Shown here: piece by piece, positions 46,929 through 57,687 of the stretch
How the letters are laid out: every line of letters starts with the position of its first letter
How positions within the stretch are numbered: position 1 is the stretch's first letter
Virus record (IMG/VR): IMGVR_UViG_3300045988_132388
Length of the DNA: 64,000 nucleotides
Source of the DNA: a virus
Reading direction: 5' to 3' (one strand)
Notes under the pieces: model-generated
Seen by the model: only the letters and a program-made list of their open reading frames with translations
The model's database searches: none
What the model was told of the DNA's origin: nothing
Translations under genes and position numbers: made by a program

Positions 46929-49900
46929 TTATGCCTTACCTTTCATAAACTGATAGGCTTTTGTCATGCTGTCATAGAGTTTACCACGGCCATACATATC
47001 TATTCTTGCCTCTATTGGCTCGTCGAGACGCACGAGGAGGGCTCGTACGGCTTGCAGGAGGGCTGCATTGCTGGCGACGCTTGCTGTCAACAGGTCGTCT
47101 GCCGCTGACGCGCCAGACGGGAGATTACCTATGGTCTCGCCAACGTTGCCATTATCAAATGCCCGGCGGGACGCGCTGCGTCCCGAATAGTTGCGGTCGT
47201 AATTGACGAGAGCCTTCAGAAGTTGCGGATTGTTCATCATCATGGCTTGTGTGGTCTCGCGTCCGATTACCAATTCTGGGCCATTCTCGGCTACTAAGGA
47301 TGGTTGGCCGTTGATGGTGGTGGCGGTAGGCTGTGTGAGGAGCGATACGCCATCGTGGGGCTTGTTGTCCTCTGTTGCCCAATAGAGACTGCCATCGTTG
47401 CCAACGAACGGTTTCAGGTCTTGCACGTTACCGGAATCGTAAGTAAGCATGCCGGAGACGATTTTGGTGTTTTTGCCGGAAGAAGATGTGTTTGCCTTAT
47501 CACCTCCTCCAATCTTACTGATAGCAAAGTTGAGCAAGCCCATAAGGGTAGCCATCATTGCACTAAAGGCGATTGGTCCGGCGATAGGTCCGAGAGTGCT
47601 GACACACCAGCCGAAGATACCTGCTGAACGAAGGGCTGCCATTACTTGCTGATGAATACCTTCAAGTTGCTGTTCGGTCAAATGCGTTGCTTCATCCGCA
47701 GCTATCATTGCTTCCCCATTAGCTACCTGTCCTTGAACTTGTGCCGTACCGAACGCCTGCTGCATAAGGAGCAACTGCGTATAGTGAGCCGTGGTCTGCG
47801 CACGGTCTATTTGCTGTTGGCTTATCATCTGAAGGGTGTTGGTGGCAAACGCTTTTATCATCTGCTTTAAGGCTGTCTTCAATGCCTTGCGTCCTTCAGA
47901 AGCGTTTTCGGTCATAGTGGCAAAAGCATCGCCCACCGACTCGCCGAAGGTTTGCAACGGTCCCATGAAGGTAAGAAGTGAATTATACTGCTCAAACATA
48001 TCTCCCGTGAGCTTCTTGGCATAGTTAGCCTGTTCTGCCATGATTGACTTTCGGGCATCAGCAAGATGTAGCTCACTGGCGTTGTGCTCTTCGAGGAACC
48101 TATAATATCGCTCGGCAAACTCCATGCGAGCCTTCATTAGTTCAAGTTCAGGATCGGAAGCCTGTACCGACTCCATACCCATACGCTGACCGGCATTACG
48201 GTAGCCACCCTTGACTGCCACCTCTTGCTCTGCACCAGGTAGAGCTTTCTGATATTCCTTATAATAATCAGTCTTAGACCATCCGTAATCATTCAGTCTC
48301 TTGCGCTCGTCGTCGCCCTTCTTGCTTGCCGACTCGTATTCGTTGTTATACTTTATCAGTTCGAGATAAAGAGCCTTGAGATTTTGCGCCGAGAGTTTTG
48401 AAAAATCGAAGCCCTCATTTGCTACAGACAGGAACTGAAGGAACTGATTCTGAAATTCCTCGCTTTCCGGATTGAGACTATATAATACAGTAATAGACTC
48501 GCGTGCCTTAGTAGTCAGCTTGTCAAAAGCAACATTCATCTTTTCAAGACCTTCGGGAGAGTCGGTACGAATACCCGCGGCTGGCTGCAGGAAACCTAAG
48601 CGATCGAAATTGCTACGGGTGTTGCGGTCAACAGCACCTGTATAGTCATGTTCGTTCAAGATCTTCTGTATCTCGCGCTGACGGGCAAGCAACTTCTCTG
48701 CTGCCTCGCGCAATTCCTTAGAGCCATTGGCAAATATCTGGTCGAGCAATGCGCCGAGGTTTTCTGCGAGAGTCTTATTGTTTTCGCGAGAGAGGTCGCC
48801 GGACAGTTTGGTGAACAATTTATGAAGTTCGCCCACATCCGCTTTGCCAATCAAATCGAGCAGTTGCTTAGAAGTTTCCTCATCGTAAACCATCACATCC
48901 TCGTCCATGTGGGAATAGAACTCTTTCCAGCCATCGCCAAGATTAGTGATAGACTGGCGAGCCGTACCAAGAGCACGATCCATTTGCGATTGTAGATAAT
49001 CCAACTGTTCCTTCTGCTGACCTTCACTAATCTTCTCCCCATCGGCATTCATCTGAACCACCCATTCCAGGTATTTGCGCATTTGTTCCTCATAGAAAGC
49101 CTTGATATTAGCGATAAGCGCATTGGCACGGTCTTTTGCTATGTTCTTTTCATCACGGTTAGGATTACCACCGGAACCAGTGTTTCCCCCACCTTTACCA
49201 CCACCAACAATTTTTTCCTTTTTCTTGTCTTTCTTGTCATCAACAACAAGTTTTGCTCCAAATTCTTTATACAACGCATCCTCTTGTGCAACAATATCTT
49301 TATATTCGCGTAGAGCTTTATTACGCGCCCACTCTGCTGCATACTTTTGCATCCGTTGTCCGATAGCACCGGATGCCTGTCCACCCATCGCAGCACCACC
49401 CGAAGTGACCGGTGTTGCTCCAAAATATTTTTTAGAAGACTTCGCAAGTTTTTTCGAGTCAAGAGAATATGTAGGGTTAGGTGTACCGGAAAAGGTATTC
49501 ACATTAGTATTGGCATACGCTTCTGTCTTCTGCTGAAGTTTAAGGAAAGCATCCACTTTTTTACGTCCAAGTTCGGCAAGTTTAGAGCGAGCACCTTCCA
49601 GTTCATAGTAACTCTGCAAACGCGTGAAGTTTTTATCCCAAGCCTTAGTGTTCTCTTTAACAGCTCCTGTCTCTGAGTTAATCTTTGCGTTAAGGTTAGG
49701 AATAGCGCTATTCAACTTTTCCATAGCTTGACGACGAAGAGCCATAGAGGCTGTAGTATCGTGCATCACGTTGTGCAAACTCTTCAAGGATTCTTGCTCC
49801 TCCATAGCTCTGCGCTTACCTTCCTCTTGAACCTCATTGAGCACTCGCTGTCCTGCTGACACCTGATAAAGCGAAGCCGTCCACTGGGCAAGTTTCACAA

Positions 49901-52397
49901 CAAGAACTCCAGCAAGACCAATAAGACCGCCCATCACACTCATCTGTCCCACAAAAGATAACTTCTTGAAAGACGAAAACATCACATTCCAAGCGTTCGC
50001 AAGAGACATTGTTTTGCCAGTCAACCCAGTTGTAAGTTCTGCTAACTTAGCAAACGCACCGGCTACTCCTGCCGTACCCAACATAGTAACGAGCGTCGGC
50101 AACATACTAAGGAACAGCTTCATTGCGGTCATAAGCAGCATAATAAGCATACGCACCTCGGTCATAAACGTAATGTTATGAACGAGAGCATCCACCATTT
50201 CATACCATGCCTTAGCCAAATCGCGCACCGGACCACTTGCAGCATCTGCCGAAACGAACTGCTTCTCAAAAAGGTTAGCGGCTCGTTCCATATATGCAGC
50301 AGCGGTCTCCTGCTGCATTTCATACTCCGTAGTAACAGCCGTACCCTCATTGAAAGCCTTGTTAGATTCAGTAACGGCCTTGTCGAGCATACCTACTTTT
50401 TCTGCCATCGTAACCATGACCTTAGTAAGACGAGCACCGTCCTCAGAACCAAGATCCTTGAAGAGAGAGTTTAGCGCAAACACGTTCTTGCTTTCGTGCA
50501 TCTTATGGAATATAGTTTGAATGGCTTCCATACCTTTGCCTTCCTCAACCATCTTCTTCAACGATCCTTGCGCAATGCCAAGGTCTTTTTCTATTGAAGA
50601 AGTTCCCTTGCGCAACTCTACCACAAGTTTACCAAACGCAGTAGCTGCCACTTCGGGCTCAAGGGCCATGGAGTCTACAGCAGAACCGATAGCGAGAATG
50701 TCAGGTGTCGTAAGGGATGCTGCATCACCAAGCGCAAGCAAACGGTTGGAGAAGTCAACGATTTTGCCCGAACTGGCCGTAGATGTAGATGCCAATCGGA
50801 AAATGGCAGAGCCAGTTCTCAGCATAGCATCTTCCACGCCATACTTATCTATAAGGCCCGACACCTCAGTAATCTTAGCAAGAGCCGTTAACGCTTCAGC
50901 GCCCAAATCCTCTTTCAATGCGACGTTTACCTGGTCGGCGGCACGAACGAAACCTGCTAAATCTTTAGTTGTAACGCCAAGCTTAGCTCCCGCATAGGCC
51001 AAGTTGTTTAGCTCTTCTATGCTTGTACGGGTCTCAATTTTAGAAAGTTCCTTAGACAACTGAGCCACGTCTTCTTGTGAACTTAGCGCAACCTTGCGGA
51101 TATTGGTAAGCTGTTCTGCAAACTTGGCGTTCAGACGAAATATATCAAAGAGATATGTCTTGAGCATATTGAACGCTGAAAACAATCCGACGTATGCCGT
51201 GAGGTTCTTCAGGGCTGTCTGCCATGCCCCGCCCTGCTTGTGTGCTGCGCCCGTCGCCTCGTCGATATTCTTCTTCAGCTCCTTCATCGACTTCTGTCTG
51301 TCAGCAAACTCCTTACTCTTGGTATTAATTTGGTTCAGTTCCTCTTCGAGTTGCTTGTAAGCACGACGCAGTTCGTCGAGAGAAGCCTTGCCTTGCTTGC
51401 TACGAGTGAGAATGTCGTTAAGAGCCATCTGCGACATGCGGGTACCCTTGAGGGTCTGTTCGAGCATGGAGTATTGGCGACGGAGGTCGGCTACATACTT
51501 GCTACCAGCGGGGAGTTGTTGTATCTTCTGTGCGATTACTTCCATCGTGCGCTTGATGTCTTCACCCGAAGCCTTGTTAGGTTCAGCCAATACCTGCTTC
51601 ATCTGCTTCCAGCTCATTGATGCTTTCTGAGTCTTACCCGACACAGCCTCTAATCGCTTCTCTATCTCCTGGAGCTCGCTGTTGTATTTTGCAATATCAG
51701 CCGAATTGCCTGTAGGTGTATTGTCGCGAGCCTCAGTAAGCGTAGACTTGGCTCGGCGCAAATCAGATGCCGAAGCGTTTTGACTGGTTACGGTCTGACG
51801 AGCCTCAGTTACGCTCATCTTACCCTTGCGTCTGTCCTCCTCGGCTTCAAGCTGCTTCAATGTGGCGAGATTCTGCTGATAGGACGCATCCGATTTTTGC
51901 AGCGAACCTACGAGGTCACGCTGTTGCTTGATGGCCTTGTCGAGCCATTGATCTGACTGGTTGGAGACATTCTTCAGACCATCAGCAATCTTGACGTACT
52001 GACCCTCTATAAGGCGTATCTCATCACCCACCTGCTTCATCTCGCTTCGTATCTGCTCTGCCCTTTTCAGGTCGGCATCCGAGCCGGTAAGTTTAGCGAG
52101 AGCCGACTTGCCAGAACCCATAGCGCGGCGCAGATCGCGGAGCTTAGTATTGGTGAGGTCTTGCACCACCTCGCCCAATCGTTTCGTGTCCTCGATATTG
52201 TCGCGCTGCACTTGCGAGAGAGCCTTTAGCGTGCGTTCAGCCTGCTTACACTCAGCCGTATTAGCCTGACCTGCGGCTGTCATCCTCTGAATGTCGGCAG
52301 TATATTTTTGCACAAGATTGTCAATCTCTTCCAACACCTTCTTGGCTGTAGAGGCATTGGCCGTGATTACTACTTTTGCTAATCTTTGTGTTGCCAT
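46929..52397 (-). CDS. tail tape measure protein
   Basis: 1822 aa. Long coiled-coil segments, central hydrophobic/TM blocks (MLIMLLMTAMKLFLSMLPTLVTMLGTAGVAG; MSVMGGLIGLAGVLVV) and Gly-rich stretches. The size and architecture are typical of a TMP. Confidence 0.85.
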   Translation of the reverse strand: MATQRLAKVVITANASTAKKVLEEIDNLVQKYTADIQRMTAAGQANTAECKQAERTLKALSQVQRDNIEDTKRLGEVVQDLTNTKLRDLRRAMGSGKSALAKLTGSDADLKRAEQIRSEMKQVGDEIRLIEGQYVKIADGLKNVSNQSDQWLDKAIKQQRDLVGSLQKSDASYQQNLATLKQLEAEEDRRKGKMSVTEARQTVTSQNASASDLRRAKSTLTEARDNTPTGNSADIAKYNSELQEIEKRLEAVSGKTQKASMSWKQMKQVLAEPNKASGEDIKRTMEVIAQKIQQLPAGSKYVADLRRQYSMLEQTLKGTRMSQMALNDILTRSKQGKASLDELRRAYKQLEEELNQINTKSKEFADRQKSMKELKKNIDEATGAAHKQGGAWQTALKNLTAYVGLFSAFNMLKTYLFDIFRLNAKFAEQLTNIRKVALSSQEDVAQLSKELSKIETRTSIEELNNLAYAGAKLGVTTKDLAGFVRAADQVNVALKEDLGAEALTALAKITEVSGLIDKYGVEDAMLRTGSAIFRLASTSTASSGKIVDFSNRLLALGDAASLTTPDILAIGSAVDSMALEPEVAATAFGKLVVELRKGTSSIEKDLGIAQGSLKKMVEEGKGMEAIQTIFHKMHESKNVFALNSLFKDLGSEDGARLTKVMVTMAEKVGMLDKAVTESNKAFNEGTAVTTEYEMQQETAAAYMERAANLFEKQFVSADAASGPVRDLAKAWYEMVDALVHNITFMTEVRMLIMLLMTAMKLFLSMLPTLVTMLGTAGVAGAFAKLAELTTGLTGKTMSLANAWNVMFSSFKKLSFVGQMSVMGGLIGLAGVLVVKLAQWTASLYQVSAGQRVLNEVQEEGKRRAMEEQESLKSLHNVMHDTTASMALRRQAMEKLNSAIPNLNAKINSETGAVKENTKAWDKNFTRLQSYYELEGARSKLAELGRKKVDAFLKLQQKTEAYANTNVNTFSGTPNPTYSLDSKKLAKSSKKYFGATPVTSGGAAMGGQASGAIGQRMQKYAAEWARNKALREYKDIVAQEDALYKEFGAKLVVDDKKDKKKEKIVGGGKGGGNTGSGGNPNRDEKNIAKDRANALIANIKAFYEEQMRKYLEWVVQMNADGEKISEGQQKEQLDYLQSQMDRALGTARQSITNLGDGWKEFYSHMDEDVMVYDEETSKQLLDLIGKADVGELHKLFTKLSGDLSRENNKTLAENLGALLDQIFANGSKELREAAEKLLARQREIQKILNEHDYTGAVDRNTRSNFDRLGFLQPAAGIRTDSPEGLEKMNVAFDKLTTKARESITVLYSLNPESEEFQNQFLQFLSVANEGFDFSKLSAQNLKALYLELIKYNNEYESASKKGDDERKRLNDYGWSKTDYYKEYQKALPGAEQEVAVKGGYRNAGQRMGMESVQASDPELELMKARMEFAERYYRFLEEHNASELHLADARKSIMAEQANYAKKLTGDMFEQYNSLLTFMGPLQTFGESVGDAFATMTENASEGRKALKTALKQMIKAFATNTLQMISQQQIDRAQTTAHYTQLLLMQQAFGTAQVQGQVANGEAMIAADEATHLTEQQLEGIHQQVMAALRSAGIFGWCVSTLGPIAGPIAFSAMMATLMGLLNFAISKIGGGDKANTSSSGKNTKIVSGMLTYDSGNVQDLKPFVGNDGSLYWATEDNKPHDGVSLLTQPTATTINGQPSLVAENGPELVIGRETTQAMMMNNPQLLKALVNYDRNYSGRSASRRAFDNGNVGETIGNLPSGASAADDLLTASVASNAALLQAVRALLVRLDEPIEARIDMYGRGKLYDSMTKAYQFMKGKA

Positions 52398-52419
52398 TGT
52401 TATTATTGTTTTTGTGTTG

Positions 52420-52947
52420 TTAGAGTGTGATATGAATATCCGAATTCTCGAAAGCCTTAATTATCTGTGCTTCGCCTTGGTAGCCGTAGAAATCAACGAG
52501 ATAGTTTTGCATACGTGTCTGCAGGTGTCGAAGCTCCATCATAATGGCAGGACGCTGTGACCGACCCGCTCCATAGCGTTTCCATGAACGGACGTAGCGT
52601 CTTGCGTAGTTGGCCTTTCGTGCGCTATCCACATCGTTGTACTTAGTACCGAGACCTACACCCATATCTACAAAGCGCATATAGTCGTTGTAGGTAAACT
52701 CGTAGGTCCAGCCTTCGGGAGTGTCGTTCACAATCCTGCCTTGGAAAGAGTTTACGCCCACTCCTTCGGCGTGCCATTGACCGCGTGCCGCACGAGCCGC
52801 ATTGACTGCTCTGAATCCGCTATAGATTTCCTTCGGATAGATACATTGCGTCTCGGTGTTAATCTTGAGCTGACGCAGAACGTCGCCAAGATACCAACGT
52901 GCGGTGTCTTGAAGGTCGAAGGCGGGAGATTGAATAGCTTTAGCCAT
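52420..52947 (-). CDS. hypothetical tail-associated protein
   Basis: 175 aa, immediately upstream of the TMP. Confidence 0.5.
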   Translation of the reverse strand: MAKAIQSPAFDLQDTARWYLGDVLRQLKINTETQCIYPKEIYSGFRAVNAARAARGQWHAEGVGVNSFQGRIVNDTPEGWTYEFTYNDYMRFVDMGVGLGTKYNDVDSARKANYARRYVRSWKRYGAGRSQRPAIMMELRHLQTRMQNYLVDFYGYQGEAQIIKAFENSDIHITL

Positions 52948-52958
52948 ACCCTACCCTC

Positions 52959-53549
52959 CTATCCTTTCGTGTTGTCCTTTGGCACGATATACTTGCCGTT
53001 GCTGCCACACGCGAAGTTGTAGAGCGGTTGCAGGCTCTTCCAATCCATGCCCACTACGAGCCATTGTCCGGCATAGATGTCGCCCACCAAACCGAAGGAG
53101 ATGGAACTGGTGTCGATGCTTTGCAACTCTGCCATCACCACGGCATCGTCGGCAAAACTGCGCTTTGTGACGGGGCAGCGGCCTGTGCGTTTCACCTCAA
53201 GAAGCCACGACACGAGGTCTTTACAATAGTCCTTCAGACTTTCGGCTGTCTGTTCTATCTTGCGACCGTCGTAACGGCCAAGGGTCTGCGGTGTGTCTTT
53301 TACTTTAGCGAGAAACCACACCTGCTGAGAGACAGATGCCTTCTTTGCGTCAACGAGTTCGCCAGTGGTAATGATACTGTATAGCATGCAGGGCGAGTGT
53401 ATGATGTTGGCGTTACGGGAAAAGATGTTCTCAAGGTCGATGTAGCGGATGCGGAAGAAACTCTGGTCTTCGAGGCGTTCGCTTTCGGGTTTATGAGAAA
53501 GGGGCTTGTAAATGGAAGCCCAATGCTCAAGAATGTTGCTTATTGTCAT
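52959..53549 (-). CDS. hypothetical tail-associated protein
   Basis: 196 aa, in the TMP operon. Confidence 0.5.
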   Translation of the reverse strand: MTISNILEHWASIYKPLSHKPESERLEDQSFFRIRYIDLENIFSRNANIIHSPCMLYSIITTGELVDAKKASVSQQVWFLAKVKDTPQTLGRYDGRKIEQTAESLKDYCKDLVSWLLEVKRTGRCPVTKRSFADDAVVMAELQSIDTSSISFGLVGDIYAGQWLVVGMDWKSLQPLYNFACGSNGKYIVPKDNTKG

Positions 53550-53589
53550 AGTGCTATATATTTATTAACCGCAGAATACGCAGAAACTC

Positions 53590-54120
53590 TTATTTTGCTG
53601 ACTCATCCGATGTTTCCGATGCTTCAGCTTCCTCCTTATCCTTCATCAGCTCTTTCAGCTTCACGTTGAAGTGTCGCTCGGTCTTGTCTGCCACAATCTT
53701 TTGCAGCACTCTTGCCCAAGCCGCTCCGTTGCAGGTGCTCTCGTTCTCAAGTATGCTGACGAACTGTACGAGGCAGTACATGGCGGTGAGCTGGTTGGCG
53801 AGGTGGGTGTTCATATAGCCCAACACGTTGCGGTCGAGATACGAGGCGAGGCAAATGCACATGATGAGCACAGAAAAGGTCCACACCATCTTTGCCATCT
53901 TCTTGGAGCGCAGCTTACCATCCATCTTGCACTTTGGGTTGCGCTTGATGGCTTCGCGGTATCTTTGGTAGATGCGTCGGTTGCACCGCCACGCCGTGTA
54001 GCAGTCGATGATGAGAGCGAAGAAGCACACGGTGATAAAATTGATCGAGGGCTCTATGTGAACCCACAGCAAGCCGAGCACTGCGGCAATGGCTCGCGAG
54101 ATGTAGAAGGGGTTGTTCAT
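53590..54120 (-). CDS. holin-like membrane protein (TcdE/Phage_holin_4-like)
   Basis: 176 aa with 3-4 TM helices. ...IDCYTAW... and ...VQFVSILENESTCNG... resemble the D...G and SI.EN....G blocks of TcdE-type holins. Confidence 0.5.
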   Translation of the reverse strand: MNNPFYISRAIAAVLGLLWVHIEPSINFITVCFFALIIDCYTAWRCNRRIYQRYREAIKRNPKCKMDGKLRSKKMAKMVWTFSVLIMCICLASYLDRNVLGYMNTHLANQLTAMYCLVQFVSILENESTCNGAAWARVLQKIVADKTERHFNVKLKELMKDKEEAEASETSDESAK

Positions 54121-54163
54121 TTTTGTGTTGTGTTTTATGTGTTGTTGTTCTGAATTTTATACA

Positions 54164-54171
54164 CAAAGTTA
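54164..54171 (-). promoter_or_regulatory. -7 box TAACTTTG (minus strand)
   Basis: CAAAGTTA on the plus strand, 44 nt upstream of the 54120 start. Confidence 0.45.
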
Positions 54172-54251
54172 CTGATAAACTGCTACGCACAGCGGACATG
54201 GTGGGGTGCGTGGAGATGGGGTATGTCCGTATGGGGAAGAAAGAATATCGT

Positions 54252-54259
54252 AACTTTGG
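54252..54259 (+). promoter_or_regulatory. -7 box TAACTTTG (plus strand)
   Basis: It is divergent from the box at 54164 and lies 21 nt upstream of ATG 54280, followed by the leader ACATAAAACACAACACT. Confidence 0.45.
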
Positions 54260-54279
54260 CTACATAAAACACAACACTA

Positions 54280-55082
54280 TGTCAGGAATTACGCAAAATA
54301 CATTGGCTCGCATCGACAAGTGGCTCTCATACGGCACGAGCATACAGACGGCTTTTCCGAAGCTGGAGCAACGCTACCGTATGGAGGTGTGCTCGGAGTT
54401 CTACAAACGATGGGTGCGAAACAAGGACATCGACCCTCGGACCACCTGCTGCAATATTGCCCGACGCGACTATGAGATGTTCTTCAACCGTGCGGCGCAG
54501 GGCCACAAGGATGCGCAGGAAATGGTGCTTGCGCTGAAGATTACACTCGACGACGAGGGTAATATCCGTCCGCGCACCATTACGGAGCTCAACAACGACG
54601 TGATGGTGTGCAACCACCTGATACGTTTCTTTCAGACCGACGAGAGTCCACGCCACAGGGCTATGTATCTGAGCAGTGCCGAGTGGTTGATACGCACGGG
54701 TAAGCAGCAGAACAACGATCGTGCGGTGGATAAGGGTATGCAAGCCTTAGCTAATGTGTATGGCAACTTCCAGGAGGAGAAGGACGCTACGGACGAGATG
54801 CCGGACATGAGTCGCATTGCCATCACGCAGGACGTGAGTATCGTGAAGCGCGACCGCATCAACTACACCGAGGAGGAGAAGCTGCGCATGGCTCGCAAGT
54901 ATGGTCTCACCACCAAAGACCTGCAGGAGATAGAGGACGACGAGATGTTCGGCGACAAGCGCGAGGAGGAGCCGGACTATTTCGAGTATATGGAAGAGAA
55001 GGACGAGGAGGATGTGATTAGACACGGGTACATGAAAGAAAGCAAATTGACGAATCCTGAGCCAACGAATGATGCGGAATAA
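54280..55082 (+). CDS. hypothetical protein with acidic C-terminus (start moved to ATG 54280)
   Basis: The track ORF begins at 54123 inside the divergent promoter region. ATG 54280 is preceded by the CA-rich leader and a -7 box. Confidence 0.55.
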
Positions 55083-55105
55083 ACAGAAGATATAAAAGAA
55101 TAGAG

Positions 55106-56161
55106 ATGAAAATAGGACTCATAGACGTGGACGGACGACACGGCAAAAAGAAATGGGGAGCTACGATATACCCTAACGTGGCTCTCGGCAAGATTGCACG
55201 TTGGCACACGAAGTGGGGCGACAAGGTTGAATGGGCTCAGCCTACCAACCTTTTCGACAGGCATCATTACGACATACTGTATGCCAGCAAGGTGTTCAAC
55301 TTTTCGCCCGACATCGACTTTCGACAGTTCTCATTCGGCCGACTGGAGAAGGGTGGCACTGGCTATGACATCTATAAGCGCCTGCCTGACGAGATAGACC
55401 GACTGCAACCGCTATATGAGTTGTTCCCATGGGTACCAAAGAACCATGCTTACGGCAAACTGACCGAAGGCTGTCCCAACAAGTGTTTCTGGTGTGTAGT
55501 GCCAAAGAAGGAAGGACTCATACGCCCGTACATGGATATAGAGGAGATAGCCATCGAGGGCAGAACGCACGTTGTGCTGATGGACAACAACATTCTTGCG
55601 GCGGGCGACTATGCCAAGAAGCAGCTTCAGAAGATAATCGACCTCGGTCTGCATATCGACTTCAATCAGGCGATGGACGCACGGCTTGTCACTCCCGAAT
55701 ATGCCGAGCTGTTAGGCAAGGTGAAATGGATAGACTCCCGCATCCGCTTTGGTTGCGACACCACCGCACAGATTGCAGAATGTGAGCGAGCCATGCAACT
55801 TATCAATGCGGCAGGATTCCGTGGCGAATATTTCCTATATACCATGATAGGCGGAAAGAACGACTTTCGAGAATGTTTCCACCGTCTGCACTACTGGTGG
55901 GAGCGACTGCAACGCTTCCGCAAGAACCATGAAGGCAGAGCCGTGTATGCCTACGCACAACCATACCGCGACCCTACAAATCCCAATCACGCCATCCCCG
56001 AATGGCAGAAGGATATGGCCCGATGGTGCAACAAGCGAATGATATTCTACGCCACCGATTTCAAGGACTTCATGCCAAGAAAAGGATTCAGGTGCGAGGA
56101 ATATCTGAGGGAATACGAAGTGAACGGAAACGGAATCGAGGCATCTACTGCCTGTAGGTGA
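55106..56161 (+). CDS. radical SAM domain protein
   Basis: 351 aa. TEGCPNKCFWCVVP is a CxxxCxxC cluster motif preceded by a Rossmann-like N-terminal domain. Confidence 0.7.
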   Translation: MKIGLIDVDGRHGKKKWGATIYPNVALGKIARWHTKWGDKVEWAQPTNLFDRHHYDILYASKVFNFSPDIDFRQFSFGRLEKGGTGYDIYKRLPDEIDRLQPLYELFPWVPKNHAYGKLTEGCPNKCFWCVVPKKEGLIRPYMDIEEIAIEGRTHVVLMDNNILAAGDYAKKQLQKIIDLGLHIDFNQAMDARLVTPEYAELLGKVKWIDSRIRFGCDTTAQIAECERAMQLINAAGFRGEYFLYTMIGGKNDFRECFHRLHYWWERLQRFRKNHEGRAVYAYAQPYRDPTNPNHAIPEWQKDMARWCNKRMIFYATDFKDFMPRKGFRCEEYLREYEVNGNGIEASTACR

Positions 56162-56287
56162 TAGGCATCACTTGATGAAGGTAATAGCATTGTTTACATA
56201 CAACAATGGGTATCGCTTTGTATGCAACTTTATAAAGTTACTCCTTGTGAGCTATGGGGCAAGTTTTCATAAAGAAAGGAATGAATT

Positions 56288-56650
56288 ATGATAGAAAAAG
56301 AAAATATCAAGGTTGGGTTGGATTTTGTTTTGCCATATAGAGAGTTCTATGACAAGGCAGAAGAGGAGAAATATCACAATCGTTTGATAAGTGGCAATAG
56401 AGAATGGCGTGGTCAGAGATACTATACAGATATACGACTTGCTGGGGTAGATGATACAGTAATAACGGCATACCAGCCGATTTTTAGAGTTGTTGAAATA
56501 ACAACAGTGGCTAACATAACTGGCGTGTATGATGTAGTTAGTATTAAAAATATAAAGAGTGCCAACGGGGATTTTGAGCAGATTGATTTCTCTTTTATAG
56601 AAGAATATGGTGAGGTTGTAATGGACAAGAAAAAAATGAAGATATTATAA
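56288..56650 (+). CDS. hypothetical protein in an AT-rich insert
   Basis: 120 aa ORF whose composition is markedly AT-richer than its neighbours. Confidence 0.5.
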   Translation: MIEKENIKVGLDFVLPYREFYDKAEEEKYHNRLISGNREWRGQRYYTDIRLAGVDDTVITAYQPIFRVVEITTVANITGVYDVVSIKNIKSANGDFEQIDFSFIEEYGEVVMDKKKMKIL

Positions 56651-56655
56651 AAAAT

Positions 56656-57687
56656 ATGGAGTTAAACATTACGCTTTCTGAAGCATTGGAGCGAGCTTCG
56701 GAAGGACTGCGAAAGAAGATGCTTCACTCAGTGGAGCTACTGCAAAAAGCAGAGAGGATTGCTCTGAACTATGATGCCGAGAATGGATATTACTTAGCGT
56801 TTAGTGGTGGAAAGGACTCTCAAACTCTTTTCCACATAACTCAGTTAGCTGGAGTTAAATTCCACGGTCACATGAGTCTAACAAGCATTGATCCACCCGA
56901 AGTGATACGTTTCGCAAAGAAGAACTATCCCGAAGTGGAACTGCTAAAGCCTGGCAAATCAATCTTCCAGCACGCTGTAGAAAATCAAATTCTGCCCACT
57001 ATGCGTGTGCGTTGGTGTTGCGCTGAATACAAGGAGACGGCAGGTGCTGGCAAGGTTACGCTAATCGGCATCCGCAAGGCAGAGAGCACACGCCGAGCCA
57101 AGCGAAATGAGGTGGAAATAAACAACCGAAAGTTTAGCGGCGATCTTGACGGTCTCGACGAATACCGACAGGAGCAGAAGGCTAAACGTGCTCGTCGCAA
57201 ATCTAAAGAGCAAGGTGTGAACATCACAAATGCTGATGAAGAAAAGACGTTAGGTTGCATCCACGGCAAAGAGAGTCTGCTGATCTCGCCCATCATCTAT
57301 TGGACGGAAAAGGACGTATGGGAGTTCCTCAACGATGTAGTGAGGGTTCCACATTGCTCGCTTTACGATGAGGGTTGGCATCGCATAGGTTGCATAGGCT
57401 GCCCAATGTCGTCTGCAAAGCAGAAGCGCATCGAGAACGAACGTTATCCGCACGTAAAACGAAACTGGATTAAGGCGATTAAAGCCATCCGAAACGGGGG
57501 GGGTATTCAAAAAAGAATATATCTGGTGGAACATCCGGAAGGACTGGATGCCTCTCAGAAATGTCAGAGGATTGCTCAGGACGCAGGCGGCTACATCAAG
57601 CATTCAGACCCAAAACACTGGATGGGGAGGAAGAATACGAGGAGCAGCTATGCCAACACCAGGGGTTTCATCCAGCTCCTCTTCTGA
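56656..57687 (+). CDS. PAPS-reductase-like PP-loop protein (IbrA-like); the 3' end is probably mis-framed
   Basis: LAFSGGKDSQTLFHI is a PP-loop SGGKDS motif. A G8 run at 57496-57503 lies where the +1 frame (open 57458-57820) becomes the better-looking coding frame. Confidence 0.7.
   Translation: MELNITLSEALERASEGLRKKMLHSVELLQKAERIALNYDAENGYYLAFSGGKDSQTLFHITQLAGVKFHGHMSLTSIDPPEVIRFAKKNYPEVELLKPGKSIFQHAVENQILPTMRVRWCCAEYKETAGAGKVTLIGIRKAESTRRAKRNEVEINNRKFSGDLDGLDEYRQEQKAKRARRKSKEQGVNITNADEEKTLGCIHGKESLLISPIIYWTEKDVWEFLNDVVRVPHCSLYDEGWHRIGCIGCPMSSAKQKRIENERYPHVKRNWIKAIKAIRNGGGIQKRIYLVEHPEGLDASQKCQRIAQDAGGYIKHSDPKHWMGRKNTRSSYANTRGFIQLLF

Noticed and set aside
52420-53549. Programmed -1 frameshift chaperone pair (G/GT-like) upstream of the tape measure gene
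   Set aside because: The two ORFs are separated by a clean 11-nt gap. No overlapping alternative frame or slippery heptamer was found.
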